From NCBI RefSeq assembly GCF_018977255.1, contig NW_024704743.1, positions 15,502,001-15,566,000 on the forward strand: DNA of 64,000 nt. The letters run 5' to 3'. The DNA is from Callorhinchus milii (Eukaryota). Below are positions 13,021-24,719 of this stretch, piece after piece (the first letter of the stretch is position 1; each line of letters starts with the position of its first letter). The position numbers and the translations under genes were made by a program. The notes beneath the pieces are model-generated. The model was not told where the DNA came from. It worked only from the letters and a program-made list of their open reading frames with translations, and ran no database searches.

Positions 13021-13336
13021 TAATAATAATAATCTTTGCATTTGATATAGTACCTTATCACATCTTTGAGACGTCTCAAAGCACTTCACAGAATATGCTG
13101 TAGAGTGAATTGACTGTATATTTGTGGGCGAAACGCGGCAGCCAATTGCGTACAGTAGTGTTCCATAAGCAGTCATGGATTGAAAATGACCAATTTATTA
13201 TTGTTTTGTTTTGGAGGGATTATTATTAGGTGTGTGGTGTAAGGAAACTTGGCCAAGGTTTCGCCCTGCCTGGAATTGAACCCAGGTGTCTCGCTTGCAA
13301 GGCAAGTGCTCTAACCACTGAGCGACAGGACTCCAC
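13021..13336 (-). mobile_element. tRNA-headed SINE, short subfamily, moderately diverged
   Basis: Aligns by eye from head to tail with the other copies. Confidence 0.9.
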
Positions 13337-16300
13337 TCCAAGTTGTGCAGTTTAGATACTGAGGCGACAGATTAAATAAAGATATAATGATTCTATTTTT
13401 TCCTCCTTTTTCTTTGCCCAGTCAGGGTGTCTGACACACGCGGAAACCCATCACCATGTTTAAGAGTCCCCAAACCCAATTGAGAATTCCAGGCCTCCCA
13501 CCTACATATGGAAATCCCAGAAATAGAAATAGGACGGACACAGTCAAGAGCCTTGGCTATTACTGTTGATGGGAGTCCTTGGTCGAGGACAAGTGAGGAC
13601 ATCTCAATGCTCTGGCGTGGAAGGTTGCATTGTCAGAGCAGATGTGGCGGAGGCAGAGGAACTGGGAAAATGGCATGGCGTCTTTGCAGGAGGCTGGGTG
13701 GGATGAGGTGTAGGAGCTGTGGGAGTTGGTGGGCTTATAGAAAATAACTGTAAATAGTCTGTTACCTGACGTGGAGATAGTGAGTCGAGGAAGGGAAGAG
13801 TCAGAGATGATCCATGTGAATTTTATGGAGGTTTGAAAGGTGGAAGCAAAATTTATAAATGCTTGTAACTCACTGCGAGAGCAGGAAGCGGCCTTGACAC
13901 AGTCATCGATGTACCTGAGGAACAGGTCAGGGAGCGGACCTGAGTAGGACCGGAACAAGGAGTGTTCCAGGTAGCCAACAAACAGGCAGGCGTAGCTGGG
14001 ACCCATGCGGGTTCCCATAGCGACACCTTTTATTTGAAGTAAGTGGTTGGAATTGAATGTGAAGTTGTTCAATGTCAGAACAAGTTCAGCCAGGCGGAGG
14101 AGCGTGATGGGGGATGGAGACTGGTTTTGCTGTTGCCCAAGGTGGATCTGGAGGGCCTGGAGGCCGTCCTTGTGGGGGATGGAGGTGTAGAGGGCCTGAA
14201 TGTCTATTGTGAAGAGGAGACGTTCAGGATTGGGGAACTGGAAATTGTCAAAGTGGCGGAGGGCGTCCGAGAAGTTACGGATTTAGGTGGGTAGGGATTG
14301 GACTAGGGGAGCAAAAATGGAGTCCATAATAAGACAAGATTAATTTGGTGAGACAGGAACAGGCTGAGGCAATGGGTCTAGCAGGACAGTCCTGTTTGTA
14401 GGTCTTGGGGAGGAGGTACAGATGGCTGTGCGGGGCTGAATGGCTATGAGGTTGGAGGCTGTAGGAGGAAGGTCACCAGAGGAGGTGAGGTCATTGACTA
14501 CCTTGGTAATGGTGGCTTAATGTTCAGCTGTGGGGTCATGGTCCAGGGGAAGGTAAGAGGAGTTGTCAGAGAGTTGGCGTTCGGCCTCTGCCAGGTAGAG
14601 GTCCTTTTGCCAGACAACAACAGTGCCTCGCTTATCAGAGAGTTTAACAATGATATTAGGATTGGTCCTGAGGGAGTGGAGTGCAGCGCGTTCAGAGGGA
14701 GAGAAGTTTGAGTGGGGGAGTGGAGACCTGGACACGACCAATGTCATGCTGGCAGTTTTCAATGAACATGTCGAGGGAGGGTAGGGAGCTTGGCGGTGGG
14801 ATCCAAGTGGAGTGGGACTTCTGGAGACAAGAGAAGGGGTCCGATGTACGTGGGAAGTATCCTGGCCAAAGAAGTGAGCACGGAGGCAGAGGCGGCGGAA
14901 GAAGAGCTCAGCATCATGCCGGGATCGATATTCATTGAGGTGGGGGCATAAGGGATTAAAGCTGAGGCCTTTACTGAGGACGGATCGTTCGGCATCAGAA
15001 AGTGGGAGGTCAGAGGGAATGATGAAGATACGGCAGGGAGTGGGATTGGGGGGACGGGTGGGGTCAGGAGAAGGCAAGGTGGGGGAAAGTTCAGGAGGTC
15101 GGTTGGCACCCAACAGTCGCTGGAGTTTGTGATCCTTGCCAGCTAAAAGAAAAAGGAACAGTTTTTTGTTCAGGCGACGAATGAGTTCTGAGATAAAGTG
15201 TGTCGGTGCTGCTAAAGGGCAAGTGTTTGCATTCTTTTGTTGGTGTATTGACTACACCTTTGATATGTTGAGACATTCATTTGGAGAATACTGATTGCTA
15301 AAGTGACCTGTCTACTTTTACAACTTCCTGGGACATTTTTATGTTGGTGTGTTTTGTATTGTCCTCACATTTTGACTACTTTTTTTTGAATGATTGTGTA
15401 CCAACATGCAGAGGCAGGAAGCTAGACAGAAAGTTGCATAAAATTCTGAAGAAGTGCTGCAGTTTGTTCCTGTGTTTCTGTGAATGACATTTTTGGCATA
15501 GGGACTGTTTCAAAAAGAACTTGTTTTTCCCATGGATGTGCTAAATTAGATATTATGAAGCAAATAATCTTTGAGGATTAATTCAAAACGGGATAATGTG
15601 AGTTTTAATAAACCATATTATAAATGAAATTCCCCAGTGGAGTTGCCAGGACAATGTAAACTAAGCCTGTCCTTCAGAATGCTTTGCAATGAATGGAACC
15701 TTGTTGAAGACGGAGTCAATGTTTTTATAAGAAATAATAGGCTCTTGTCGTAAAACAAAAAAAGGACAAAAAATAGTGTTTCAATTCCGAAAACTGCTGG
15801 AATAGATGAACAAAAATTACATTACTGGAGTGCGTGTTTTTTTTTAGTTTGTGTAAACATAGTGGAATCTTCATACTAAATACATTTTTTTTCATTAGTA
15901 GAAGAAAGGTAAAAATTAAAGTATCCTGGTTGCACATAACAAAATAACGCTGCATTATAAACACTTTGACAAACCAATGCAAGGAATGAGGCAAATAAAA
16001 ATGTGCACATCTTAGGACCTTTGACCTTGGACCAGATGTCTTAATTGGTTGGAGTTCCCTGTTTTATTAGGATGGAGGCCAATGGACCTGCAGGATGTTT
16101 CCGCTTTAAGAGATGCTCAAAGGGAAACTCAAAGGAGGAGAGGAACGCATGAAGGTGACCTTTCTTGTACTTGTTCTGTAGCCACAATAATGTCTGCAAT
16201 GGGAACCAGTGTGTCTCACTTGAATGAAATGGATTTATATCTTTGAAGTAACATTACTACCTGGCCTTACAATCCAGAAAACAAAACATTTTTGACTGTT

Positions 16301-18354
16301 GAATATAACTTTTTAAAAAACGCATTTTACAGTATCTGCTAATCTGATGTTTTATTGGATTATGTGATGCTTCATAATTTTGCAAGATGAATGTATTCAA
16401 AGTTTATTTTCAGTTTTAGGTAGGGCCAGCGCTGACACCATTGTTCAGCACATCTATTACACATCTTGTACCAGTTTTGGGCAACACGTGGATGTTTTTG
16501 TGGAAGATTTCAAGCTGTCCCTGTAATTCCTCTGTGCACATGTACAGTGATCCATCATCACAGACACAGTTTTTCTAATAACCAGGAATATTACATTTTA
16601 GATTTAGGGTAAATTTCAGACAGATAAGTTTTTTGAAGCAATTTTTTTTAAAGAATTATTTAATGTGGAGGGTTGGGGGAGAAGAAACGGGTATCAAGTC
16701 TGATGTATTTATATTGCCACAAAACTTTTTTTTCATTTAATGGGAATCCTATTTGAGATGTCTCGCGTTTTATTAAGTGTTTCTTAGTGTGGGACTTGAG
16801 CAGTCTAGACTTTTGATATGTATACATTTTTCCAACTTACACCTTGTCAGTGATGTAATGACACTGTTAAGAGCTCAGTCAGTGGCAGAGACCATTTTTT
16901 TTACACGCTTCACTAACCTAGTCATTTTGGATCTATACCATGGTAATATTGTTCAGGAGACTTCAGACACAGTTTACATTAAAACAATGGTGAATTGGAT
17001 GAGATTACATACAAGGGAATTTTTCCATCAATTAGCCATGAATCTGTTTACAGATAAAAATCCATCCTAAAATTTGAATAAACACAGCTGCTTTTATTAA
17101 CTCAGCTGTAAGCAACACAGTAACTGTCCATTGACAGAAGTCTGGAGCTCTGTACATGGAATAAACAAATGGGAAACACACAAAGACCAGATTTGTTTTT
17201 CTTATTTCTTTAAATTTATATGAATTGTCATTTAAACTCTCACCCCAAGGATATTGTCCAAAATATTTGGTAACGAGAAAAGAACTTTTAAGTTTTGCAA
17301 TCTGTACTGAATGCACATTCCTGGGTTGAACATTATCTAAAATCTCTCATTTGCTGCATTTCTCTATAAGTTTCACGTATTGAGCATGTAAGGGCCTTAA
17401 TTCTTTATTTTCTTAAATTCATAGTTAGCTAATCAAGTCTGCATTTCTAGCAATTTTTCTGTTGAAACAGCAGACATCAGTAATGTGTAAAATCTATTTC
17501 TGTTTGATTGTTTCCTGCTTTGTTTAAATTGCATTACTTTATGTATGATTAAATGCATGTGCTGCAGAAGAAAGATTTCTAAATTGACTGAGCCAAAAAA
17601 ACATTTCTAAGCAAATTATTCAAAGTATATCAGGATTAAATCTGAGAATATTCAATTTCACTCGTAAGTGTAATTTGCTTCTCTTTCCAGAATGAAAACA
17701 GCTTGCATTCGTATAGCACCTTTCACATAGAGTAAACTATGGATTCCAAGGGATATTATAGGTTTTACAGCAGGAGGCCTGTGCTTCCTCCCAACCCCAC
17801 CCCTTGTGTCACATAAATGCACGTTCTGCCTGTGACTGGGAAAGGTCTGGCTTGTGGCAGGCACATATGTTTTAACACCTTCATTTTCTAGTAGAAACTT
17901 TTTTTCCTCTTCTTTCCTTTTGTTCACAACAAATTCCACCAGTTGCTTCCAAGTTGCCACTTTGTACATTGCACCGCGTACTTAAAGTCATATCGTACAA
18001 AGAAGGTGCAGTGCAGAGTTTAGGATCTTCTTTGGTGAGATGAATTGAATATTTATCAAGAATGATGACTTTGGGTGTATAACATCGATCTTCCTGAGAA
18101 CATTTTAAAATTGGTCCCTTTTGATGTTTGTGAGTGTCATCTGAAATCTCAGATTTTGGTTTGATCAGAATATTTCTATAATCCGCTCATTATGTTCCAT
18201 GTAGATTTGGGCTATTGATGATAAAGGGAGTGAACTTGTGCCAACAGAGAGTTAGTTATATCACACAAAGCAACAGTAACAATACCAAATGCAATTTTTT
18301 TTGAAATTCTAGATAAACAGAGATTCTGTGATTCATGTGCAAAGAGATTTCATG

Positions 18355-18607
18355 CCTCATGCATTTTTATTGCACCTCATAGTGTTGGATCATCTCAAAA
18401 GGTTTCACAAGTAAATTTATAGGTAAATATGACAGTCAATTGTATTGGCAAGGCCTCACAAGTAGTCGAAAAACTCTCGACTCTTTTCATATGGCAATAG
18501 TGTAGTACTAAATTGGAATGTCATCCTAGAGTTTGAGTTCAAGTCACAATGTGGGTCTTTAATTCATAACCTTCTACCAAGAGGTGAGAAGGCTACTTAT
18601 TGAACCA
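18355..18607 (-). mobile_element. Highly diverged Deu-domain SINE
   Basis: Residual head (cataaccttctaccaagaggtgagaaggctac) and tail similarity to the 9514 copy. Confidence 0.5.
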
Positions 18608-19419
18608 AAATAACAGTGGAAGACAGGTTCAAAAGGAAGTGGCAGAAAAGCTTGAGTGACGTGCTCAATTTTCTCGACACATATTAGTTATTAGGAAAGG
18701 TGAAAGAAAAAACACAATAAAACTTCCCTCTTTATAAGTAACCTTGGCTCTTCTCTTCCACCTTTACAGCGCTCCGAGACGTGACTTCACGTGGAAGGGC
18801 AATATATAAATGCAAGTTGTTGTTTTCCTCTGACACTTGATGATTCTCTTGAATGCCTTGACAGAAATATAATCTGGCAGACCAAAGACTCATATCATCC
18901 TACACACTGCTTACTGCAAAGTGGCTACACATTAACTGGAGAATATTTTGTGCATGTGTAGATGATGAGATTTTTAATTCAGTCATTGAAGCCACCATAA
19001 TATCTCACAAGTGAGGTAGCTTTTATCAGTTGCATGCACGGAAACAAGCGACCCAGTTGCCCAAAACTGAATGCAATGCTCTAGATGGGGCCTTCAATTT
19101 GCAGATGCACAGAAAATAAAGATCTTATATACTTGAGTACATTTGGCTGATACTATACGCTGATGAGTGGGATATAACCTGTGGGTTCAGTCTGTGGGCT
19201 CCAGAGAATATGGCTTTGCATGCTGTGTACTCCTGTGAGGGCAGTAACTGACGTACTGACCTTCCAGTCAAATGGTTTGTTTGACTGGGAGAGGCAAAAA
19301 AAGTAACAATATTGAAGAGTATCCGTGCCTCACATGTAAAGAGATTTTGTGCTTCATGTGTAAAGAAAGAAAAATATTGTAAGTTTAATATCAAATGCAT
19401 TTAATATCAAGTTTATTAT

Positions 19420-19838
19420 GCATGAACTTGGTCTGTATTCCCTTGAATTTAGAAGGTTGAGGGGTGATCTGATTGAGGGTTTAAAATGATAAGGGGATTT
19501 GATAGGATAGCTACAGAGAAACTTTTTCCTCTGAAGGGGGACTCCAGAAAAAAGGGCATAATCTTAACACTGGAGTCAGACCATTTGGGAGTGAAGTCAG
19601 GAAACATTTTTTCAGGCAAAGGGTAGTGGAAATTTGGAACTCTTTCCCCCAAAAGAACTGTGAATGCTGGATCCATTCAAATTTTCAAGACCGAGATGGA
19701 TAGATTTTTTGTTGGGTAAGGATATCAAGGGATATGGGGAAAAGGTGGGTAATTGGAGTTGAGGTACAGATCAGCCATGATCTGATAGAATGGCGGAACA
19801 GACTTGAGGGGTTGAATGGCCTACTCCTGTTTCTGTAT
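19420..19838 (+). mobile_element. CR1-clade LINE 3' end
   Basis: Encodes, across frameshifts, LGLYSLEFRRLRGDLIE..K...GFD....KLFPL...RKHFF..RVVEIWNS; 3' UTR gatcagccatgatctgatagaatggcgga...gaatggcctactcctg. Confidence 0.88.
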
Positions 19839-19839
19839 T

Positions 19840-20195
19840 GCTTGGCTCGGTTTGTAATGCTCTCACTTCTGGATCAGAAGGTTGTGAATTTCAAACCCCA
19901 TTTTGGTACTTGAAAACTCACAGTCCTGGTTTGGACCCTAGTGCAGTGCTGAATTGTTGGTGATGCCATTTCACAAATGGGATTTTAAACTGAGGTTTAA
20001 CTCATCTCTCTATTCAGGTTAACGTTAAAACATGGCACTAGATAAATTGACCAAGCACCTCGTGGCTGCTTTTGTGGGACTTTGCTGTGTGTAAATGGCT
20101 GCCAGCTTTGCTTATCAAAAGCAAAATCGCTTCACATGACAGTAATTACCTATGAAGAGGGTTTGATGGAAAAGGTGCTATAATATGCAGTGTTT
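19840..20195 (+). mobile_element. Deu-domain SINE, diverged, abutting the CR1 tail
   Basis: gcttggctcggtttgtaatgctctcacttctggatcagaaggttgtg head; ttgtgggactttgctgtgtgtaaatggctgcc 3' part. Confidence 0.7.
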
Positions 20196-20898
20196 TTTGT
20201 ATTTTGTAACTTAATTTGCACCATCGATAACTGTATTTCACTTCACTTCAAGAAAGATAATCAAAAGTGCTAAGAATGAATTTAATCAAAACCAGGGCAT
20301 AAAAGATTCCAGTTTAAATAAAAAAAACTAACTACAACTGGTGCGTATGGGATGCCGTTGGCCCATTACAGTTTGTTACTGTCTTACCCACTCACCACTT
20401 TGTTCCTATTGATATAAGCTTGAAACAGTTAGCTTGTTTTTCCTTAGTTAATGTAATAGTTTGCCATATTTACTCTGATATAATGTTACTAATCTTTTAT
20501 GTCCTTGTTTTGATTTAATTCATTCTTTGCACTTTTCATCATCTTATACAGCTCTTGTGTGCTGTCCATTACGGATAACGTGAAATGTACCATTGGATCT
20601 TGTCTACCGTTCAGGTTGAATTAATATCTTTGAACAGTTTTGTTTCAACAAATGGTGTTTAAATAATGGTGCAAACGCCTCATGGAATAGTTACTGGACC
20701 CCTGAGAATAGACAATAAAAAATTGCATCTTGTGTGTGTTTATTGCTGATGATTTATTTTTCTGTGTATCTGTATCCAGACAATTTGTGAAGAAGTCATA
20801 AGGGCATCAAAGCAGCTGGGATACACAGAGAAGTCCTACTTGGAATTTTCTTAGGATCTGCATTTCATATGCGCCCAGTTCTGAGATGATCACCCTGG

Positions 20899-21097
20899 CA
20901 ACAACACCAACTTGCATTTCTGTAGCGCCTTTCACACAGGGTAAGGTCTTGAAGCACCTCACAGAGTCACAGCAGGGGTGGTGTGGGGAGAAGGGAGGTG
21001 ATCACAGAAGCGGTCAAGGAGGTATGTTTTCAGGAGGTCTTTAAAATCTGCTGGAGAAGAGGTTAGGCAAAGGGATTTGGGGACAGAGTTTCAGAAG
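20899..21097 (-). mobile_element. L2 3' end, diverged
   Basis: caacaacaccaacttgcatttctgtagcgcctttcac is the reverse complement of the L2 tail, followed by purine-rich L2 body. Confidence 0.65.
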
Positions 21098-21384
21098 AAT
21101 TACATGTGCCATTCAGACTCGCCTGGCATCCTTTTTGTTGGTGGTCATGTCAAGGAACGACTTTACTCAAATGATTGCTATATTCTGGTTATAAATTGGT
21201 CATTCACTGCATGGCTGATAATTTCAACATGGTTGTGCAGACAATGGCTGTCGTGCTCACCTATATATTAAAAAACAGTCACTCCACTGTACAGTATATT
21301 CTGTGAAGTACTTTGAAATGTCCTTGCGACATGAAAGGAGCTTTATCAAATGTAAGAATTATTATTTTCCCTCACACTCAGCAC

Positions 21385-21965
21385 AATAACAACAGTCTTT
21401 GCATTTGGTACAACACCTTATCATGGTGTCAATGGCTCAAAGCGCCAGGGAGGTTGAGGAGTACAGACTCGCAGGAGAGAAGCGTTGATGGGAGGCTTAG
21501 AGTATGGCTTCTGTCTTGTTGACATTCAGCTGCAGGAAGTATAAGCTCTTCCAGTCCTTGATGTCTGTCAAACAAGCTCACAGGACAACATGCTGACTGG
21601 GAATCGCAGCTGGAAGAGGAGAAGTAGATTTGGGTGTCAGCTGCATACATGTGGAGGTTTACCCCATGTCTAAGGATGACATCACCGAGAGGGAGCATGT
21701 TGATGAGGAAAAGGAGGGGGCCAAGGGATGGAGCCTTGGGTTACCCCTGAAGGTGACTGGGTGGGGGCGGGAGGAAAAAATATTTGCCAAGATGTATTGT
21801 TGGCAGTTTGTTAAGTCGGACTCGAACCATGCAAGTGCGATCCCATTAAGGTGGATGGGGGAGGAGAGGCGGTGGAGGAGGATGGCATGATCAACTGTGT
21901 TGAACACAGCGGCGAGGTTCAGGAAAACGAGAAGGCAGAAGCCCTGGTCACTGATGGCAGGGTAG
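21385..21965 (-). mobile_element. L2 fragment including part of the RT core
   Basis: Minus-strand translations LNLAAVFNTVDHAILLHRL and [21 protein letters not shown] correspond to decayed LDLSAAFDTVDH and YADD motifs. Confidence 0.85.
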
Positions 21966-22169
21966 ATGGCAAAATAGAAATTTATGCGAATTCTAGATAA
22001 TAGATAATTTAGAGCCTTTAGTGGAGGAAGGCTCATGTCACTTGGGAGTGAGCGAGTTGGCTCTTGGGTCATTACATTTTTTTTAACTCTAAACAATGCT
22101 TTTCCATATCTCTTCTCTTTAGCACACAAAAATAAATAATTTAACCCAATCCCTCTCCATCCCAAAATA

Positions 22170-22385
22170 TTTCGCCAGATTGCGACATGGAATGTCCTGC
22201 CAATAAGTTGGTAGAGGCAGATCCATTATGGGTTTCAAGTGGAAAGTAGACAGGTATATGAAGGTTTGAAGCAGTACGGGGATAGGACAGTGCATTGGGA
22301 TTGAATGGATAGTTTGCTCTGAGAACTGGTGTAGACTTGATGAGCCGAATGGCCTCCTTCTGTGCTGTGTATTTCTACGGCTCTA
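22170..22385 (+). mobile_element. CR1-clade LINE 3' end, diverged
   Basis: tggaatgtcctgcc...tggtagaggcag...gatgagccgaatggcctccttctgtgctgt...ttcta tail. Confidence 0.75.
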
Positions 22386-24719
22386 TTAATTGTTCCTTAT
22401 AGAGTTAGGTCAGCTAAGATGCTGTTACTATATTTTCTAGGATAAATGTAGGTGTGCTAATTTTATTTGGTAAGCAGAGTGTTTACAAGGATATAATTTG
22501 AAAACATTTGTGCGTGTGTATTTTTTTACTTCAAAAACTACTAATTAATTATAGCCTGGAAATGACAGGGTATTCAGCTTCTAACAAGCTTTTACAGTCA
22601 TACCAATTTTTCATTCATTGATAAGCAGCTCAATGCAAGGCAAATTACTCAATCTTACCAGCCTGAAAACACTCATTTTGGGAGGTTTTTAATCTTGTTC
22701 CAGCCAATTCACTAATCCCTCTCATTTTAAGATCCAGAAATGTCAAAAGTTTATTTTAGCTGCTCGCGATAGATAGCAGTGCATGTACTATTAGATGGGT
22801 GGAAAAATAATTTTTACCCTCTTGGGAGTTTATTTTAGCTTCTTTGAAGTGGGTAATTAGCTTGCTCAAAGTAAGTGGTGACTAATAGCTTAATAGAGGC
22901 TCCATAAAATTCTCACACTATACAATATGTAAATTATTAATCAGGGAAAGCTTTTTGCATGAAATGAGGAGCTTGCGCCCCCCCCCCCCCTTCCCCCCCA
23001 TTCTGAAAAGCTCCTGCTCAGTGGCTTACACTGTAATTGTTCATTTTCACAAGGGTATCTTAAGTATAATCGTCGTCCTACTCCAAAGGGAGTTGGTGTT
23101 TGGTGAGAACAGCAGCCGCAGTGTGCTCTTGACTTGTAGAATTTGACCACAGCTATTCTCAACAAAGTCGCAGCAAATATTGTAGTTTGCTGCCTCAACT
23201 CCTCTCACATTGGAGTTAGTCCATTCAGGACAAGACAATAAAAACATTAGGCATGTACTTAGACCCTGATGTTAAGTGTGTTTGAAAACTATGCCTTTTG
23301 CTCGCTGTTAAAGACCTTGGCTTTTAAAATGAGCTACTTTCCCCCTCCCGAGTGCGTATGTTTACTCCAATGTGACTGATTGCCACGGCTACACAGTGTA
23401 CCGTCTGAATAATGTGAATAATTTCCTGCAGCATTAAAGGTGATTTTCTGGTAAAGATGCCCTCGCTTATCCTTCTACAGCACAGAATGCATGATCAAAA
23501 CTCTGAAATACTGATAGTAACACATTTGAATACAACTGTCATTAAGCTTGAAATTCTTGGCTCTTCTTGTTTGTCATATTGACCTGCAGTTTTCAACAGG
23601 ACCAGTGATAATATTAGCTTGAGAATTGCTTGCACCCTAAGTTTGTTCACACCACCTCACTGAGCCATGCAGAAACTCTTGTTTTGATTCACCTCCAACT
23701 ATCCTTGAAATCTTGCATCCAGGGTCTCACTCACTTGGCTTTCCCTCACTTAACATTGCCTGCTACTGCCAAGACTTGTCTTCCTATCTCCCCATCCCCA
23801 CCCACCCCCGTGTGCCAAAGCCCTCATCCGTACATTCATCAAGTTAAGGCTTTATTTGAATGGTCTTGTCAAGACAGTGAGCAAGACACTGCCTCTTCAA
23901 ATCTTACTTAATCAATATATATTCCATTTAATAAACTAGATTGAAGGAATAACGAAAACTGCAGACAAATGCTTGCTTTTGGTAGTCTTTTGGCACTGAA
24001 GAAAACATTTCTCTTCCTCAGATTTGTAAACTAATTTTGCAGCTCATTAATGGGTGCATTATATTTTAGAAAGTGGTTTTAAGGGGGAAAAATCTGAAAT
24101 ACCAGGCTTTTGCTGACGTTATACATTTTATTTTATTTTGAGGTGCCCTCAAGAACGCTAGCTTTGGGTGCTCTCGTCCACTGTTCCATCTTGGAAGTTT
24201 AGAATGGTGGGTGTTGATATTGTTTGAAGACTGGTATGTTTAGCACAGCGGGAACCTGCTTGGAATCTCTTATCTTGAAGGGTGGATCATCAACTTTCAT
24301 TAGTTTCCTGAATGTTATCCAATGAAGTTTGGCAGACCACATGGATCATAGATAAAAAATAATTAGTCATTTACCTCCTGGCTGTTTATTGTGCAAATTG
24401 TCTGCTGCATTCATTTACAATTATACAGTCACTACACTTTAGAGCACAATCCTGTGAAATGCTTTGAGTTGCCTGGATGATGTGATAAGGTGCTTTATCA
24501 AATGCAGATATTATTATTGTTGTAGAGTTCTGGATCTGAGACAACCTATCAACAAAGAAAGAAAGATTTTTTTACAGTGCTTGCAGCATCATGGTTTCAA
24601 AGCACTTCACAGTAATTGCTGTCATATGTAGTGCCTGTTTTTGTAGGCAGAGTTGAGATAGGCTGACTCAGGCCAGTCTACTCTACTCAATGACAACAAT
24701 TCTTTCTTTGCTCCTCCAT

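Larger units (their letters stand above)
10993..15140 (-). mobile_element. Penelope-like retroelement (RT plus GIY-YIG endonuclease), 5'-truncated, decayed, with nested insertions
   Basis: Minus-strand motifs in order: N-terminal LSKGLSF.P...IIVKLSDK(R); RT QIKGVAMGTRMGPSYACLF and RYIDD; Cys-rich linker GTFPCQPKRCNTCP; FTC..TNVVY...C..CG|LLYIGETKCRLGDRFAEHL. The terminal region at about 11010-11100 is of the fish/shark Penelope type. Confidence 0.92.

Noticed and set aside
16072..16110. atggaggcc resembling the GLI3 start (MEA...)
   Set aside because: It continues NGPAGCFR, with no similarity to the GLI3 first coding exon.
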